Shown here piece by piece: positions 38,399 to 48,310 of a stretch of DNA of 64,000 nt (within the stretch, counting starts at the first letter, position 1; each line of letters begins with the position of its first letter). The translations under genes and the position numbers were made by a program. The DNA comes from a virus: IMG/VR virus record IMGVR_UViG_3300045996_002572, positions 10,298 to 74,297 of that record. One strand, written 5' to 3'. The notes below the pieces were generated by a model that was not told the origin of the DNA, did no database searches, and saw nothing but the letters and a program-made list of their open reading frames with translations.

Positions 38399-39892
38399 AT
38401 GGCTCCGCTTCTCGCCTGGTATGACGACACCGACACACTCCTGGCGAGCTTCGTCATGCCGACGGACGTGACGGCCGGTGTTGCCACAGCAGCGACGGAA
38501 CTGCGGTACTGGAACCACAAGGGCGCGCCGGGCGGAGACGAGGCCCCGGACGTGGCGCTGCAAGCCCAAGTGGAGTTCCCGGCCGCGAGCGGAACGTTCG
38601 TCGCAAGCGGGGCCCCGCCCGTCGATGAGAGATGGATGCAACTGCGCGTGGAGGGCGGCGACTGGGTGCCGATGGGGTTCGGGTCGATGCTCTCGGTCGG
38701 CAACATCCCGGCCGATAGCTACGCCGCGGTGTATGTCCGCTGGCTCCTCCCCATGACGGCGAACGCCTTGAACTCGGCGGCTTGGCGCTGGGATCTTGTC
38801 GGCTGGTCGCGGGCGGTGATCTCCCTGGGGGTGGGGCACTCCGAGTCCTCGCCAGACGGGGTGCTCCGGCGCATCGGCGATCGTTCCTTCTCCGGCCTGA
38901 TCGTGGGCTCGACCGCGTACACCGACGGCGGCACCTCGGTGGGCGCGCCTTACGAGGCGTGGTGCGTCGACGGCGTCCCCTACGCAGCGCCCGCCGAGAC
39001 CATCACCGTCAACGACACCGACAGTGCCGCCGCCACCCTCTCGGCCGGGCAGGAGTACACCGCCCTCGTGGTGATGTCGGCGAGCGGGCGCACCTTGCTC
39101 AAGGGGGTCAAGGCGGCGATCGGCGCGAGTGTTGACCCGACGGTGCCGGCGGGCAGCTTCGCCCGGGCTCGCATCGTCCGGGACGACACCGAGGTCACCA
39201 GCATCGAGATGTTGGTGAACCCCGACCGCTTTTCGTTCTGGGCGACCGGCGGGCTCAACGGCAAGCTCGGCCCCGGGGCAGCCCGGCAGGCGAACGCGCT
39301 CACGGGCACGCGCCTCTCGCGCGAGGTCTCGTTCACCGCGAGCTCCACGAACCGCATCTGGGCGCTCCCGGACAATGAGGTGGACGTGACTACGACGGCC
39401 GCGGTCCCGACTCCAGGCGCGCTCCTGCTCTGGGAGGCAGTGACCGACGGCAGCGCCATCACCTCGATCGTAGACCGCCGGCGCTTCATCGGCCCGGAAC
39501 CGGTGCGCTTCTCGCTGCGGCTCGGGTCCACCTTGGCGGCCGACGCGGTCTCCGGCCCCGAGGTCAACAACACCGGGGCGGATCTCTACCTGGACCCGGA
39601 GCGCTCGATCACGGTAGCGCTTGACGACCTCGGCTCGAGCGCGGCATCCGGCGAGACCCGCATCGATCTGCAGACCTCGGCGGCCGGAGCGGCGTGGGCA
39701 TCGCTCTACGCGGGAGACAACGATATGCCGGATCTTGCTTGGGACGGTACCGACCCGGTGGTGACCGAGGGATTCCCGGATGTCCTGGTGATCGCGAAGG
39801 GTGCGCGGTTTCGGGCGCGGGTGGACGCGATCCCGAGCGGGGGAACGGCGCCGAGCGGAGCCGTGGTGGTGGTGGAGGGCTATCAGCGATGA
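38399..39892 (+). CDS. Tail protein
   Basis: LLLWEAVTDGSAITSIVDRR motif of minor tail proteins. Confidence 0.6.
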   Translation: MAPLLAWYDDTDTLLASFVMPTDVTAGVATAATELRYWNHKGAPGGDEAPDVALQAQVEFPAASGTFVASGAPPVDERWMQLRVEGGDWVPMGFGSMLSVGNIPADSYAAVYVRWLLPMTANALNSAAWRWDLVGWSRAVISLGVGHSESSPDGVLRRIGDRSFSGLIVGSTAYTDGGTSVGAPYEAWCVDGVPYAAPAETITVNDTDSAAATLSAGQEYTALVVMSASGRTLLKGVKAAIGASVDPTVPAGSFARARIVRDDTEVTSIEMLVNPDRFSFWATGGLNGKLGPGAARQANALTGTRLSREVSFTASSTNRIWALPDNEVDVTTTAAVPTPGALLLWEAVTDGSAITSIVDRRRFIGPEPVRFSLRLGSTLAADAVSGPEVNNTGADLYLDPERSITVALDDLGSSAASGETRIDLQTSAAGAAWASLYAGDNDMPDLAWDGTDPVVTEGFPDVLVIAKGARFRARVDAIPSGGTAPSGAVVVVEGYQR

Positions 39893-39988
39893 ACTTCAGG
39901 GGCCCCCGGCGATGGAGTTGAACCATCCTGCGCCCGTCGGCGACAGTCCGCTAAGCCGAGAGCCCTGGAAAGTCTATCAGGTGGAGGG

Positions 39989-40177
39989 CTACGCGCGATG
40001 ATCGTCCGAGCCGAGGCCAGTGCGCCATTGCGGAAAGTCTTTGTAGGGCATCGAGGCGCAAACCGTGTCGAGGAAGGATTCGAGCAATGTGGCCAGATCC
40101 CGGTAGTCATCCGCCTGCTGCTGGCGCACTTCAAGGAGGCGAAGGCATTCTTGCTTGGCGGCGGCGTCAGATTCCAT
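39989..40177 (-). CDS. Small hypothetical protein, probably leaderless
   Basis: TATAAT (40190-40185) 7 nt before ATG. Confidence 0.45.
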   Translation of the reverse strand: MESDAAAKQECLRLLEVRQQQADDYRDLATLLESFLDTVCASMPYKDFPQWRTGLGSDDHRA

Positions 40178-40195
40178 GTCCGGGATTATATCCGA

Positions 40196-40268
40196 CGCAG
40201 GGTGGCGCAGTCGTTAGCGCGCGGGGTTCATACCCCAGAGGTCGCAGGTTCAAGTCCTGCCCCTGCAA
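40196..40268 (+). tRNA. Initiator-type tRNA-fMet (CAU), no encoded CCA, possibly degenerate
   Basis: C1-A72 mismatch, GGG/CCC anticodon stem, TTCATAC loop, GCAGG TTCAAGT CCTGC T-arm. Confidence 0.8.
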
Positions 40269-40413
40269 GCAACGCCCTCCCTCGCGGCGAGGGCCTTCTG
40301 CGCTCCCATGGTGATTGCAGGTTGTACTCGGCCCGCCGGAAGCCGCACTTCTTCATCACCGCTTCCACCTCGCGCAGCACCTTCAACGCTTCGGTCACAT
40401 CAGTCGCTTTCAT
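40228..40413 (-). CDS. Small hypothetical protein
   Basis: GAGGAGGAG RBS and TACAAT (40441-40436) upstream. Confidence 0.45.
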   Translation of the reverse strand: MKATDVTEALKVLREVEAVMKKCGFRRAEYNLQSPWERRRPSPRGRALLAGAGLEPATSGV

Positions 40414-42253
40414 CGCGCTCCTCCTCGCACACCTAATTGTAACGCCGACTGCTGCCCAGCCCGGCACCTGGACTCCCGGCCCCGGCCTCTCGGGCGACCC
40501 GCACTGGCGCCCGCCGGTAGCAACCTCGGCCGCTCTCCCCCTGACCGGAAACCTGGTGGGCGACACCCGGCTGGTCATCGACTCGATCACCATCTACGCC
40601 TGGGACGGAGACTCCTGGGAGGTGCCGCCGGCGGGTCCTCCGGGCGGCTCGGCTGGTGGTGACCTGGCCGGCACCTACCCGAATCCGACAGTTGCGCCGA
40701 ACGCCGTAGCGCTTGGCACGGACACCACCGGGGGATACGCGACCTCGGCATCTGAAGGCGGACCCGCAACAACGGCTCTTGCCTTCGCTTCCGACCCCGC
40801 CGATTGCGATTCGGGCGAGGTCGCCGTCGGCATCACCACCTCCGGATCCCTGATCTGTGCGCCCGACGCGGGCGGAGTCACAGGCCCCGTCTCGGCCGAG
40901 GACCGGCAAGTCCCCAGCTTCGACGGCACGGACGGGCAGGCGATCGAGGCCTCGGTCCTTCGGGCTACCGACGTCGACATCGCCTCGACCTCGGACTACA
41001 ACCACCCGGCGCTGCTCCAGCTCGGATCGTCGCGACCGTTCGGACCGAGCGGGGCAATGATCCCGGCCCCCTGCTTCAGCCGGTTCCCCTCGCAATTCAC
41101 GCCGAACTCCTCGGCCTTCGCGGTCGAGAGCTGCCAGGACGGCGGGCCCGGTCCGGCAACGGGGGAAATCCTCGCGATCCACTTCAGCGACGAAGGCGGG
41201 CAGCCGCCGAGTTTCGCCTTGACCTCCGACATCTACCAGACGGGCGGCGGCGGGCTGGTGCTCGCGGGCTACTACGACACCTTCTCGAGCCAGGCGTACC
41301 GCTTCATTTCCTGGACCTCCGATGACTTCGTGCCGGCGATTGGAAGCGGGAGCACGGGCAACGTCGGAATCATCCGGAAGGGCGACGGCCTGCTCCAGGT
41401 CAACGACGGCACCCGATCGGGAACAGCCTTCCGCGACATCCAAGTGCGCAACTTGATCGCGGCCAACGTTCGCATCACCCCAAGCGCTCCACCGGCCAGC
41501 GAGACCGCCGCATGCGCGGCCGGCGATGCCGCATGGGATGCTCTCTATGACTACCGCTGCATCTCGGATGACACGTGGACCCGCGCTCCTCACGCTTGGA
41601 CGGTGCCGACCTACGCAGGAAGCGCGACGGCAGGCGGACCCGCAACGACGGCGCTCGCCCTCAACGCCAACGGGACGAACTGCTCGGCAGGGAGCTATCC
41701 CGTCGGCACCGATGCCGCCGGCAACGCCGAGGGATGCACGGCGGCTTCGGGCGGCGTCACGGACCACGGCGCGCTCACCGGCCTCCTCGACAACGACCAC
41801 CCGCATTACCAGCTCACGTCCGGGCAGTACCTGGTGCCCGCCGGAACCGTCATGACTCCGGGCTGGTCTTTCGCTGCGCAGCCGAGTCTCGGCATGAGGC
41901 GGCGCGCGGAAGACCAAATGGAGATGACCTTCGGGGGCACCAACTCGGTGGCCTTCCTGTACAACCTGATCGCGATCGAGAGGACTGACGGCGCCTTCTG
42001 TGCGGCAGATGGTGACGGGGTTCTCGACGTCTGCTTCAAGCGGACCGGCGCGAACGAGGCCACCGTATCCAACGGCGGATCCGGTAAGGGCAAGCTGCTC
42101 GCCGATGCCTTCCGCGCCTCGCCGCGCGCTACCGAGCCCTTTGCCTGCGGCGCCGGCACCGAGGGTTACACCTACACGAACAGCGTCTCCCACGAACTCT
42201 GCTTTTGCGATGGCACGTCTTGGACCGGCCTGAAGGCTGGCGGGGCTTGCTGA
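40322..42253 (+). CDS. Tail fibre-like protein (start uncertain; frame open from 39998)
   Basis: AGGDLAGTYPNPTV, DHGALTGLLDNDHPHY, duplicated GGPATTALA...C...G...C units, C-terminal LCFCDGTSW. Confidence 0.7.
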   Translation: MYSARRKPHFFITASTSRSTFNASVTSVAFIALLLAHLIVTPTAAQPGTWTPGPGLSGDPHWRPPVATSAALPLTGNLVGDTRLVIDSITIYAWDGDSWEVPPAGPPGGSAGGDLAGTYPNPTVAPNAVALGTDTTGGYATSASEGGPATTALAFASDPADCDSGEVAVGITTSGSLICAPDAGGVTGPVSAEDRQVPSFDGTDGQAIEASVLRATDVDIASTSDYNHPALLQLGSSRPFGPSGAMIPAPCFSRFPSQFTPNSSAFAVESCQDGGPGPATGEILAIHFSDEGGQPPSFALTSDIYQTGGGGLVLAGYYDTFSSQAYRFISWTSDDFVPAIGSGSTGNVGIIRKGDGLLQVNDGTRSGTAFRDIQVRNLIAANVRITPSAPPASETAACAAGDAAWDALYDYRCISDDTWTRAPHAWTVPTYAGSATAGGPATTALALNANGTNCSAGSYPVGTDAAGNAEGCTAASGGVTDHGALTGLLDNDHPHYQLTSGQYLVPAGTVMTPGWSFAAQPSLGMRRRAEDQMEMTFGGTNSVAFLYNLIAIERTDGAFCAADGDGVLDVCFKRTGANEATVSNGGSGKGKLLADAFRASPRATEPFACGAGTEGYTYTNSVSHELCFCDGTSWTGLKAGGAC

Positions 42254-42265
42254 AAGGAGGCTCCC

Positions 42266-42715
42266 TTGAAGAGATTCGCCTGCCTGCTGCTCCTGCTTCT
42301 GCTGATCCCCGTCGCCCCGGCCGTGGCCGCGGACACGGACTTGCTGCTCTCGAAGATCACCTACGCCCTTGCCGGCCTGGTGGACGCCATCGCTTCGGAG
42401 TCCGAGTCGACGCCCGATCACGCCGAACGCCTCGCCACGGCACGGACGATCGACGCGAACCTCGCCCAGCAAGCAAGGCGCTACTGGACCCGCGTGGCGA
42501 AAGCCTACCCGGCCTCCCAGGACGTGTGCGTCACCGACACCTTGACCGGCGAACGCAACTGCATGAACAGCGTCACGCAGGCCACGATCGACGGCCAGGT
42601 GATCGCGCTGTTCGGGAACTCCGTCAAGCTCCAGGCGCTGGCGAACGCGATGAACGCGGAGCCGGAGCAGCGGGCCAAGGTCGGGAGTCCTCCGGTGCTG
42701 GCACGGAGGCCTTGA
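42266..42715 (+). CDS. Signal-peptide protein
   Basis: AAGGAGG RBS; MKRFACLLLLLLLIPVAPAVAA. Confidence 0.7.
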   Translation: MKRFACLLLLLLLIPVAPAVAADTDLLLSKITYALAGLVDAIASESESTPDHAERLATARTIDANLAQQARRYWTRVAKAYPASQDVCVTDTLTGERNCMNSVTQATIDGQVIALFGNSVKLQALANAMNAEPEQRAKVGSPPVLARRP

Positions 42716-42717
42716 CG

Positions 42718-43425
42718 ATGCGCCGCCTCGTTCTGCTCGCGCTGCTCCTGCTGGCCGCCCCCCTCGGCGCCGCCCAGACCACCCCAGCCGTCCACCTGGG
42801 AGCAGAGGGGCTCGACCTCGAGCTGAGCCTGCTTCTGGTCGAGGTGGGCGCGAGCGAGGCCGGGGAACTGGCGGTGGACGACGTGCAGGTGATCGAGATT
42901 GGCGAGGGCGCCTACATGTTCGCCGGTCTTCCGGACGCAGGCGGGACGGATCGAATCACCTTCTCGGTGGCCTCCTCGAACGATCCGCTGCGGCCCCTCT
43001 ACAGCTACACGTACGGAGCGGAGCCGGGCACAAGCGTGATCTTCCGGAGCGAGGTCTCAGCGGTCACCGGGAGCACACTGGTGGAGGACGACACCTTCGG
43101 GACGGTCCAGGTGGTGGTGCGCTCCGGACTCCCGGAGGTGATCGGCGATCCGAGCACGACGGTAACCTTCACGGCTGCGAACGCCGACTCTGGCGCCGCC
43201 GTCGTGACCGCGCGTCCGGCCACGATCAGCAACGTGGTGCAGGACGTGGCGACGGGCTCCTGGGGTTGCACCTTGGCCTACCAGGTAGAGGCGGCTCTAA
43301 CGGCCAACCCGGCCACCCTGTCGGCTAATTTCGTGATCGCCTTCCCCTCGGGCTGCGCCTCGCCGCCGTGCCCGTTCACCCAGCCTGACGAACCTCTGCG
43401 GATCTTGGTGAGGCGGAAGCTGTGA
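42718..43425 (+). CDS. Signal-peptide protein, beta-sandwich-like
   Basis: MRRLVLLALLLLAAPLGAA; beta-rich body. Confidence 0.7.
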   Translation: MRRLVLLALLLLAAPLGAAQTTPAVHLGAEGLDLELSLLLVEVGASEAGELAVDDVQVIEIGEGAYMFAGLPDAGGTDRITFSVASSNDPLRPLYSYTYGAEPGTSVIFRSEVSAVTGSTLVEDDTFGTVQVVVRSGLPEVIGDPSTTVTFTAANADSGAAVVTARPATISNVVQDVATGSWGCTLAYQVEAALTANPATLSANFVIAFPSGCASPPCPFTQPDEPLRILVRRKL

Positions 43426-43661
43426 CAGGTCCCCCGGCGGCTCGCCCGGCTCGCGGCAATTTTCAGCGACCATTCGGTCCTGACCGCTTGCCTCGTGTTC
43501 CGTGTCCTGCCTCCCCCCGGGGGCCCGGGGGCTTGGATTCGCCAGCGTCCGGTGGAGTCGGCCTTACCACTGACTGCCCGGCGCCGCTCCAAGCTGGGCG
43601 GCTAAAAACCATTTCTATCACCGCTCCGGATCACGGTCCGGAGGAAGCTCTAGGAGGCTCA

Positions 43662-44213
43662 ATGTCTAACGGTGAACCGCTCGGACGGCCTGAGGCCCGG
43701 CTCTATCAACCGGTGACAGCTTGTGCACCCGATTCGCTGTCCGCAGCCATTGATCGGCTGACGACGCGAATTGCGGCGCTGGAGGCGAAGATCCCGGATC
43801 CGGTGGACCTTTCGGAGATCGCCTGCACGATCGGTGAGTTCTCGGTTGACCCGAGGGTTGATGCGCGGCTGTGCTCGATCGAGGGCGAGCTGCTGTCCCA
43901 GGCGGACTACTTCGGCTCGAATTGGCAACCGTGGCGTCCTCCGTCGGGCCCGCCCCCTTCTCCGGAAGAGGTCGGCGCCGCGTTGGAGAGTGTTGCCGCG
44001 TCGGCTCGCTCTCTCGCGAACGTTCACGCCGAATTCGGCAACGATCCGGCAGTTCTGGGCGAGTACCTGGAGGGGCTCGGCCGGGCACTGGACCTGTTCT
44101 CGGACCTGCTTGGGCGCCTAGCCGATGCCGACCCCGGGCCGCTCCAAAACACCGTCGGCGAGGCCGGCATCGCCCACTATGCCACTCGACAGGAAGCCGA
44201 GGTGCCCAAGTGA
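43662..44213 (+). CDS. Hypothetical protein
   Basis: AGGAGG RBS before ATG. Confidence 0.6.
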   Translation: MSNGEPLGRPEARLYQPVTACAPDSLSAAIDRLTTRIAALEAKIPDPVDLSEIACTIGEFSVDPRVDARLCSIEGELLSQADYFGSNWQPWRPPSGPPPSPEEVGAALESVAASARSLANVHAEFGNDPAVLGEYLEGLGRALDLFSDLLGRLADADPGPLQNTVGEAGIAHYATRQEAEVPK

Positions 44214-46297
44214 CCACCGGCCGCCGCTCCACCTTCGGCCGCGGCGCTCTCGGGCTGGCGCTCCTCCTCGCGGCCCTCGTGGCCCCCTGCGCCCTGAGAG
44301 CCGACGTCGGCTACAACCCCCAGGCCCTCGGTCAGGCAACGGCGAAGTGGTACACCAAGGACGCTACGGGGAAGCTCCAGTCGCGATCTGCCTTGATCAA
44401 CTTCGCCGCAGTGCCGTCGACCTTCACGGGCCCGGCGACCGAGGCTCAGTTCGATGCCCGCTGGGGGACCGGTTCGTTCAGGCGGTTCCGGTGGCAGGGC
44501 TTGGACAACGAGAGCCGCCTCTCGGTCAAGGCCGCGATGGAGTGGGCCTGCAACGCCGGCCGGGGCGACCTGCTGGGGTGGCGCTCGGGACGACCGCCGG
44601 GAGTCTCCTGTGTGGCCTCCGAGGTCGAGGTGGTGGACGCTCTCGCCGTGGGCTACGGAGGGACGCTAGGGGCTGCTCACCAGGTGGCGGAAGGGGCGGC
44701 CGGCACGACGCCGGAGCTGGCGATCCCGGTTCGGGACTCTCTCGACAAGAAGGGGCTGCCGCGCCCTGCGGGCCTCTTCTCCGAGCGAGACCCGACCTGG
44801 CCCCTCACCCGGTGGTACCTCAACACCGTCACAGCGTCGACGGTGCCGACACCGGTCGACCCGCATCCAGTGCCGGACCCTGAGCCGCCTGTCACGCCGA
44901 CTCAAGATCCCGCCACCGAGGAGCGCCTGGCTGCAGCCGAGGCCAAGCTGGCGGACCTGACGGCAGCAATCGGAGCCGGAGTACGTCGCCTAGAGGCGGC
45001 TGAGCGGTCGGTCCTCGACCTCTCGCGGAAGGATGCCGCGCTGGAAACCGAGCTGGCGCGCGTCGAGGCCCTGGTCAAGGCGCTCACGGCCCCGGCTCCA
45101 AAGGTGGTCCCAGGCGACCCGCCGAAGCTGCCGCGCCCTCCGCCGACCAAGCCCGGCGCCAAGCCTCCGCTCAAGGATCCGCTCGCCGCCTTCCCCGCAG
45201 ATCGGAGGGGATCTGCAGAGATCTGGGGGCCCATCTGGCTCCTGCATTTGTCCGGCGTCCAGCCGGTCGACGAGCCGGCACAGGCGCAACTTCAGAAGCT
45301 CGCGGACGCTCACGCGGCGGGCGCCGGCGCAAGAGCACTGGCCCGCCTCATGAACACCGACGGCTCGTGGAACGTGCCGTTCATCGACCTCGCCGTCCGC
45401 CTGTTCGAGGGCCGCCCGGGCGCCCGTAGCGACTGGATCAAGCTCCTGAAGTGGCAACTCCGGGATGAGCCGCCGCCCACAGGCTCGCGGTTCGTCGATT
45501 TGCTCGGCGGTTCCGAATCGGTCTCGGCAAACTACGCTCCTTGGAGAGCTGGCGCGGTCGGGGGTGTTTGGCTCTGGGCCGTACGCAACGGCGATGAGGA
45601 ACTCGCGGAACTGGTGCGGCGCTACACCCTCCGGGCCGCCGCCCTCGCCACTCTCCTCTCGACCGAGCAGGTCCCCGACGGGGAGCTCGGCAGGAACAAG
45701 AAGGGCGAGCTGCTCGCGACCTCCCGTCATATGGCCTCGGTCTCCAACCGCTCGAACCCGGCCCACGCCTGGACCGCCTCCGGCACGCTGCTCGACCTGG
45801 TGCTCGGCCGCGGAACCAAGCTGCGCCGGCAGCCGGAGTGGTTCTTCACCATCATCGAGGCGGCAAACGACGCGCGCCCCATGATCCGCGCCGAGGACCG
45901 CGCTGTGCTGGAGCGCTACTTCCGCGAGCCCATGGCTTCCGGTGCCTCGGAGGACGTCGCCCGCCTCGTCTCGCCATCCGGGATCCACGGCACCATCCGT
46001 GTCCTGTGGTGGGACGGCTATCGCGCGGTTATTCTCGACAAGAGGTTGAACGGCAACACCCCCGCGATCATGTTTGAGGGCTTCGACCTCCGCACCGGGA
46101 AGGTCTTTATGGCCTACCCGTGGCCGGAGGGACGCTGCTTCAAATGCGGCGGGCAGGCAACTGCAGGATGGCGGCCTGGAGCGCTCTGGACGACATCGCC
46201 GTTTTCGGAGATCACCTACCCGGCGCCGGCGAATGACCCCACCGTCGAGATCGTCATTGACGGGCAGGGCGCCCGCGTCACCAGGAGGGCTGCGTAG
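44210..46297 (+). CDS. Large signal-peptide protein with Pro-rich linkers and central coiled coil
   Basis: GTGA-coupled; RRSTFGRGALGLALLLAALVAPCALRA signal. Confidence 0.7.
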   Translation: MTTGRRSTFGRGALGLALLLAALVAPCALRADVGYNPQALGQATAKWYTKDATGKLQSRSALINFAAVPSTFTGPATEAQFDARWGTGSFRRFRWQGLDNESRLSVKAAMEWACNAGRGDLLGWRSGRPPGVSCVASEVEVVDALAVGYGGTLGAAHQVAEGAAGTTPELAIPVRDSLDKKGLPRPAGLFSERDPTWPLTRWYLNTVTASTVPTPVDPHPVPDPEPPVTPTQDPATEERLAAAEAKLADLTAAIGAGVRRLEAAERSVLDLSRKDAALETELARVEALVKALTAPAPKVVPGDPPKLPRPPPTKPGAKPPLKDPLAAFPADRRGSAEIWGPIWLLHLSGVQPVDEPAQAQLQKLADAHAAGAGARALARLMNTDGSWNVPFIDLAVRLFEGRPGARSDWIKLLKWQLRDEPPPTGSRFVDLLGGSESVSANYAPWRAGAVGGVWLWAVRNGDEELAELVRRYTLRAAALATLLSTEQVPDGELGRNKKGELLATSRHMASVSNRSNPAHAWTASGTLLDLVLGRGTKLRRQPEWFFTIIEAANDARPMIRAEDRAVLERYFREPMASGASEDVARLVSPSGIHGTIRVLWWDGYRAVILDKRLNGNTPAIMFEGFDLRTGKVFMAYPWPEGRCFKCGGQATAGWRPGALWTTSPFSEITYPAPANDPTVEIVIDGQGARVTRRAA

Positions 46298-46322
46298 GTG
46301 GGCCGTCAGGTTGGAGAACCAG

Positions 46323-46742
46323 ATGAAACTGATTCTTCAGCGAGGGCCAATCGATTGCGGAGTCGCGACCCTGGCCATGGTCGCTGGTGTGTCCTACGAG
46401 GAGGCGGAGAGAGAGGTCGCGCCGCACATTGGGAAGGGCGGCCTCCACGCAATCGCTATTGAGGGCGCTCTCGCTCGTATGGGCTTCGCTGTGCAGACGT
46501 TCTGGCGTCCGCCGATCTTCGGGGTGACCACATTCTCACCTTGTCCCTTCGGCTGGCCACCGCGGCCATTCGCGCCGGCTCACATCGCCTTCATGCTCGC
46601 TCGCGGCGCTCACTTCGTGGCGGTCGACCACGAGGGCACGATCCTCGACCCGTCTGGCGCGGCGCCTCCCGATCCATCGTTGATGGAAACCATCATGGGT
46701 GTGTGGCGAACCGCCGACATCACCGCACGGAAGGGGGACTGA
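46323..46742 (+). CDS. C39-like cysteine peptidase
   Basis: QRGPIDCGVATLAMV...HFVAVD (Q, C, H residues). Confidence 0.75.
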   Translation: MKLILQRGPIDCGVATLAMVAGVSYEEAEREVAPHIGKGGLHAIAIEGALARMGFAVQTFWRPPIFGVTTFSPCPFGWPPRPFAPAHIAFMLARGAHFVAVDHEGTILDPSGAAPPDPSLMETIMGVWRTADITARKGD

Positions 46743-46745
46743 CCA

Positions 46746-46994
46746 ATGCCTATTCGCAAGTCACATCAGCGTCGCCGCTCCCCCCGTGTCCAAGTGGGAC
46801 GCTGGTCTGTCTTGCTAACGAGCAAGACCGTTTGGGCGAACGTGCTCTCCGCGCTCGCGGCGTTCCTGGCCCTGCCCGAGCTCCAGTCGCGAGGTATCGA
46901 TGAGCGGGATCTACTGCTCGCCTTGGCCGCTATCAACATAGTCCTGCGATTCCTGCCGCGGGAACCCCTGGTGGAGCGCCGCCCGCGGCGGTAA
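46746..46994 (+). CDS. Holin-like membrane protein
   Basis: SKTVWANVL, two hydrophobic segments, INIVLRF. Confidence 0.65.
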   Translation: MPIRKSHQRRRSPRVQVGRWSVLLTSKTVWANVLSALAAFLALPELQSRGIDERDLLLALAAINIVLRFLPREPLVERRPRR

Positions 46995-47075
46995 TTGCGC
47001 ATGGCGGCAATCAGCATTGATCCAACTCCGGCGTACCTCAATGATCGCGCTGTACGGCGAGGAGCATGGCGGGTC

Positions 47076-47462
47076 ATGACACAGCGAGCGATCGACCTTA
47101 GCAAGGGGGTGCTGCCGGTGGGCCTCGTGGTGGCCTTGGTGCTGGGGGCAGCCGGCGCGATCTACGAGTCCGGCCGCCGAGCCGAGAAGCTCTCGCAGAT
47201 CGAGGAGATGGCCAACGCAGCACCGACTGCCGCTGATCTGGAGAAGCTGAGCGGAGCCATCGCCGACCTCGATCAGCGCCTCGCCGAGTTGAAGGAAGAG
47301 AACGACGACGTGGCGGCCATCAAGAACTGGATGATCGCCGTCTACGAACGAGCCAGCGCCCACGGGTGGGATCTTCCGCCGCTACCACAGGGAGTCCAAG
47401 ATGAGCACGATCAAAAAAAAGCTGTGCAATCCCCCGGCGCAGCGCGTGGCCGCGGCCGGTGA
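47076..47462 (+). CDS. Membrane-anchored coiled-coil protein
   Basis: N-terminal TM segment then heptads. Confidence 0.6.
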   Translation: MTQRAIDLSKGVLPVGLVVALVLGAAGAIYESGRRAEKLSQIEEMANAAPTAADLEKLSGAIADLDQRLAELKEENDDVAAIKNWMIAVYERASAHGWDLPPLPQGVQDEHDQKKAVQSPGAARGRGR

Positions 47463-47676
47463 CCCGCTGGTGCTCGGGATGTTCGAGGGGGCCGGCGCCG
47501 CCATGGACGACGTGCCGCTGGCCATCCAGGCGAAGTGGGCCGCCGAGGTCGTCGCTGTGGAGGAGGACTACATCGCGCAGCGACGTGCTCTGGACGCACG
47601 GACCTGCGAGGCGATGCAGAAGCTGTTCGCGTGGGCGGTCGAGTCCCCGGCCGCGAGCAAGGCCAGCAAGGAGTAG
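47401..47676 (+). CDS. Hypothetical protein
   Basis: GGGAG RBS before ATG. Confidence 0.5.
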   Translation: MSTIKKKLCNPPAQRVAAAGDPLVLGMFEGAGAAMDDVPLAIQAKWAAEVVAVEEDYIAQRRALDARTCEAMQKLFAWAVESPAASKASKE

Positions 47677-47704
47677 GGCGCCGTGGCGCATTTCACAGTA
47701 ACCA

Positions 47705-48064
47705 GTGTGGGCCTCCGTGGCCGATGACGTGCTCACGCACCTGGTGGCGCTAGTGGGAGGGGCGGCTGGCACATGGGCCGTCATCTCCCGGCTTCGGCCA
47801 GAACGGGAGAAGCTCGAGGCCGAAGCCGAGCAGCTGCGGGTGAGGGCAGCCGCGGAGCAGGACGCCCGGATCGAGCGGCTGCACGAGCGCCTGGAGGCGG
47901 CAGAGTCTGCGCTCGGTGACGCCGAAGAGTCGGCTTGTGCGCTGGAGTCAACGGTCCGGGCACTGCGCGGGGATCTGTTAGCCCGAGGCGTCGAGCTGTC
48001 GCGGGCCCGGGAGGAGGTGGCGCGGCTTCGGTCCGAGGTGGCGCACGAGAGGAAAGAGCGGTGA
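47705..48064 (+). CDS. Membrane-anchored coiled-coil protein
   Basis: LVALVGGAAGTWAVI then heptads. Confidence 0.6.
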   Translation: MWASVADDVLTHLVALVGGAAGTWAVISRLRPEREKLEAEAEQLRVRAAAEQDARIERLHERLEAAESALGDAEESACALESTVRALRGDLLARGVELSRAREEVARLRSEVAHERKER

Positions 48065-48310
48065 CTACGCCTGACCCTCCTTGCGGTCGGATGAACTCGG
48101 CAACTCCTGCAGTACGTCTTCGACCTCCAGTAGCCGGATCTTCAGCAGACGCACCAGCTCCGGCCAGGTCGAAGGTGGGATCTGCCGATCCCCCGACGCC
48201 CAACGCCTCACCTGTCGAGGAGGCACCCCAAGCTCGCTGGCTAGAGGGGTCTGCCACATCTCCCCGTAGAGGAGGGAGGCGGCGCGGGAGAGGAGGTCGG
48301 GGCCGGTCAC
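48065..48310 (-). CDS. HTH regulator
   Basis: LYGEMWQTPLASELGVPPRQVRRWASGDRQIP. Confidence 0.8.
   Translation of the reverse strand: MTGPDLLSRAASLLYGEMWQTPLASELGVPPRQVRRWASGDRQIPPSTWPELVRLLKIRLLEVEDVLQELPSSSDRKEGQA

Noticed and set aside
40322-42253. Diversity-generating retroelement target
   Set aside because: No reverse transcriptase and no adenine-specific template/variable repeat pair seen; the repeats are diverged peptide units
43426-43661. Terminator or ncRNA in a GC-rich intergenic palindrome
   Set aside because: No U-tract or recognisable motif; cannot be supported
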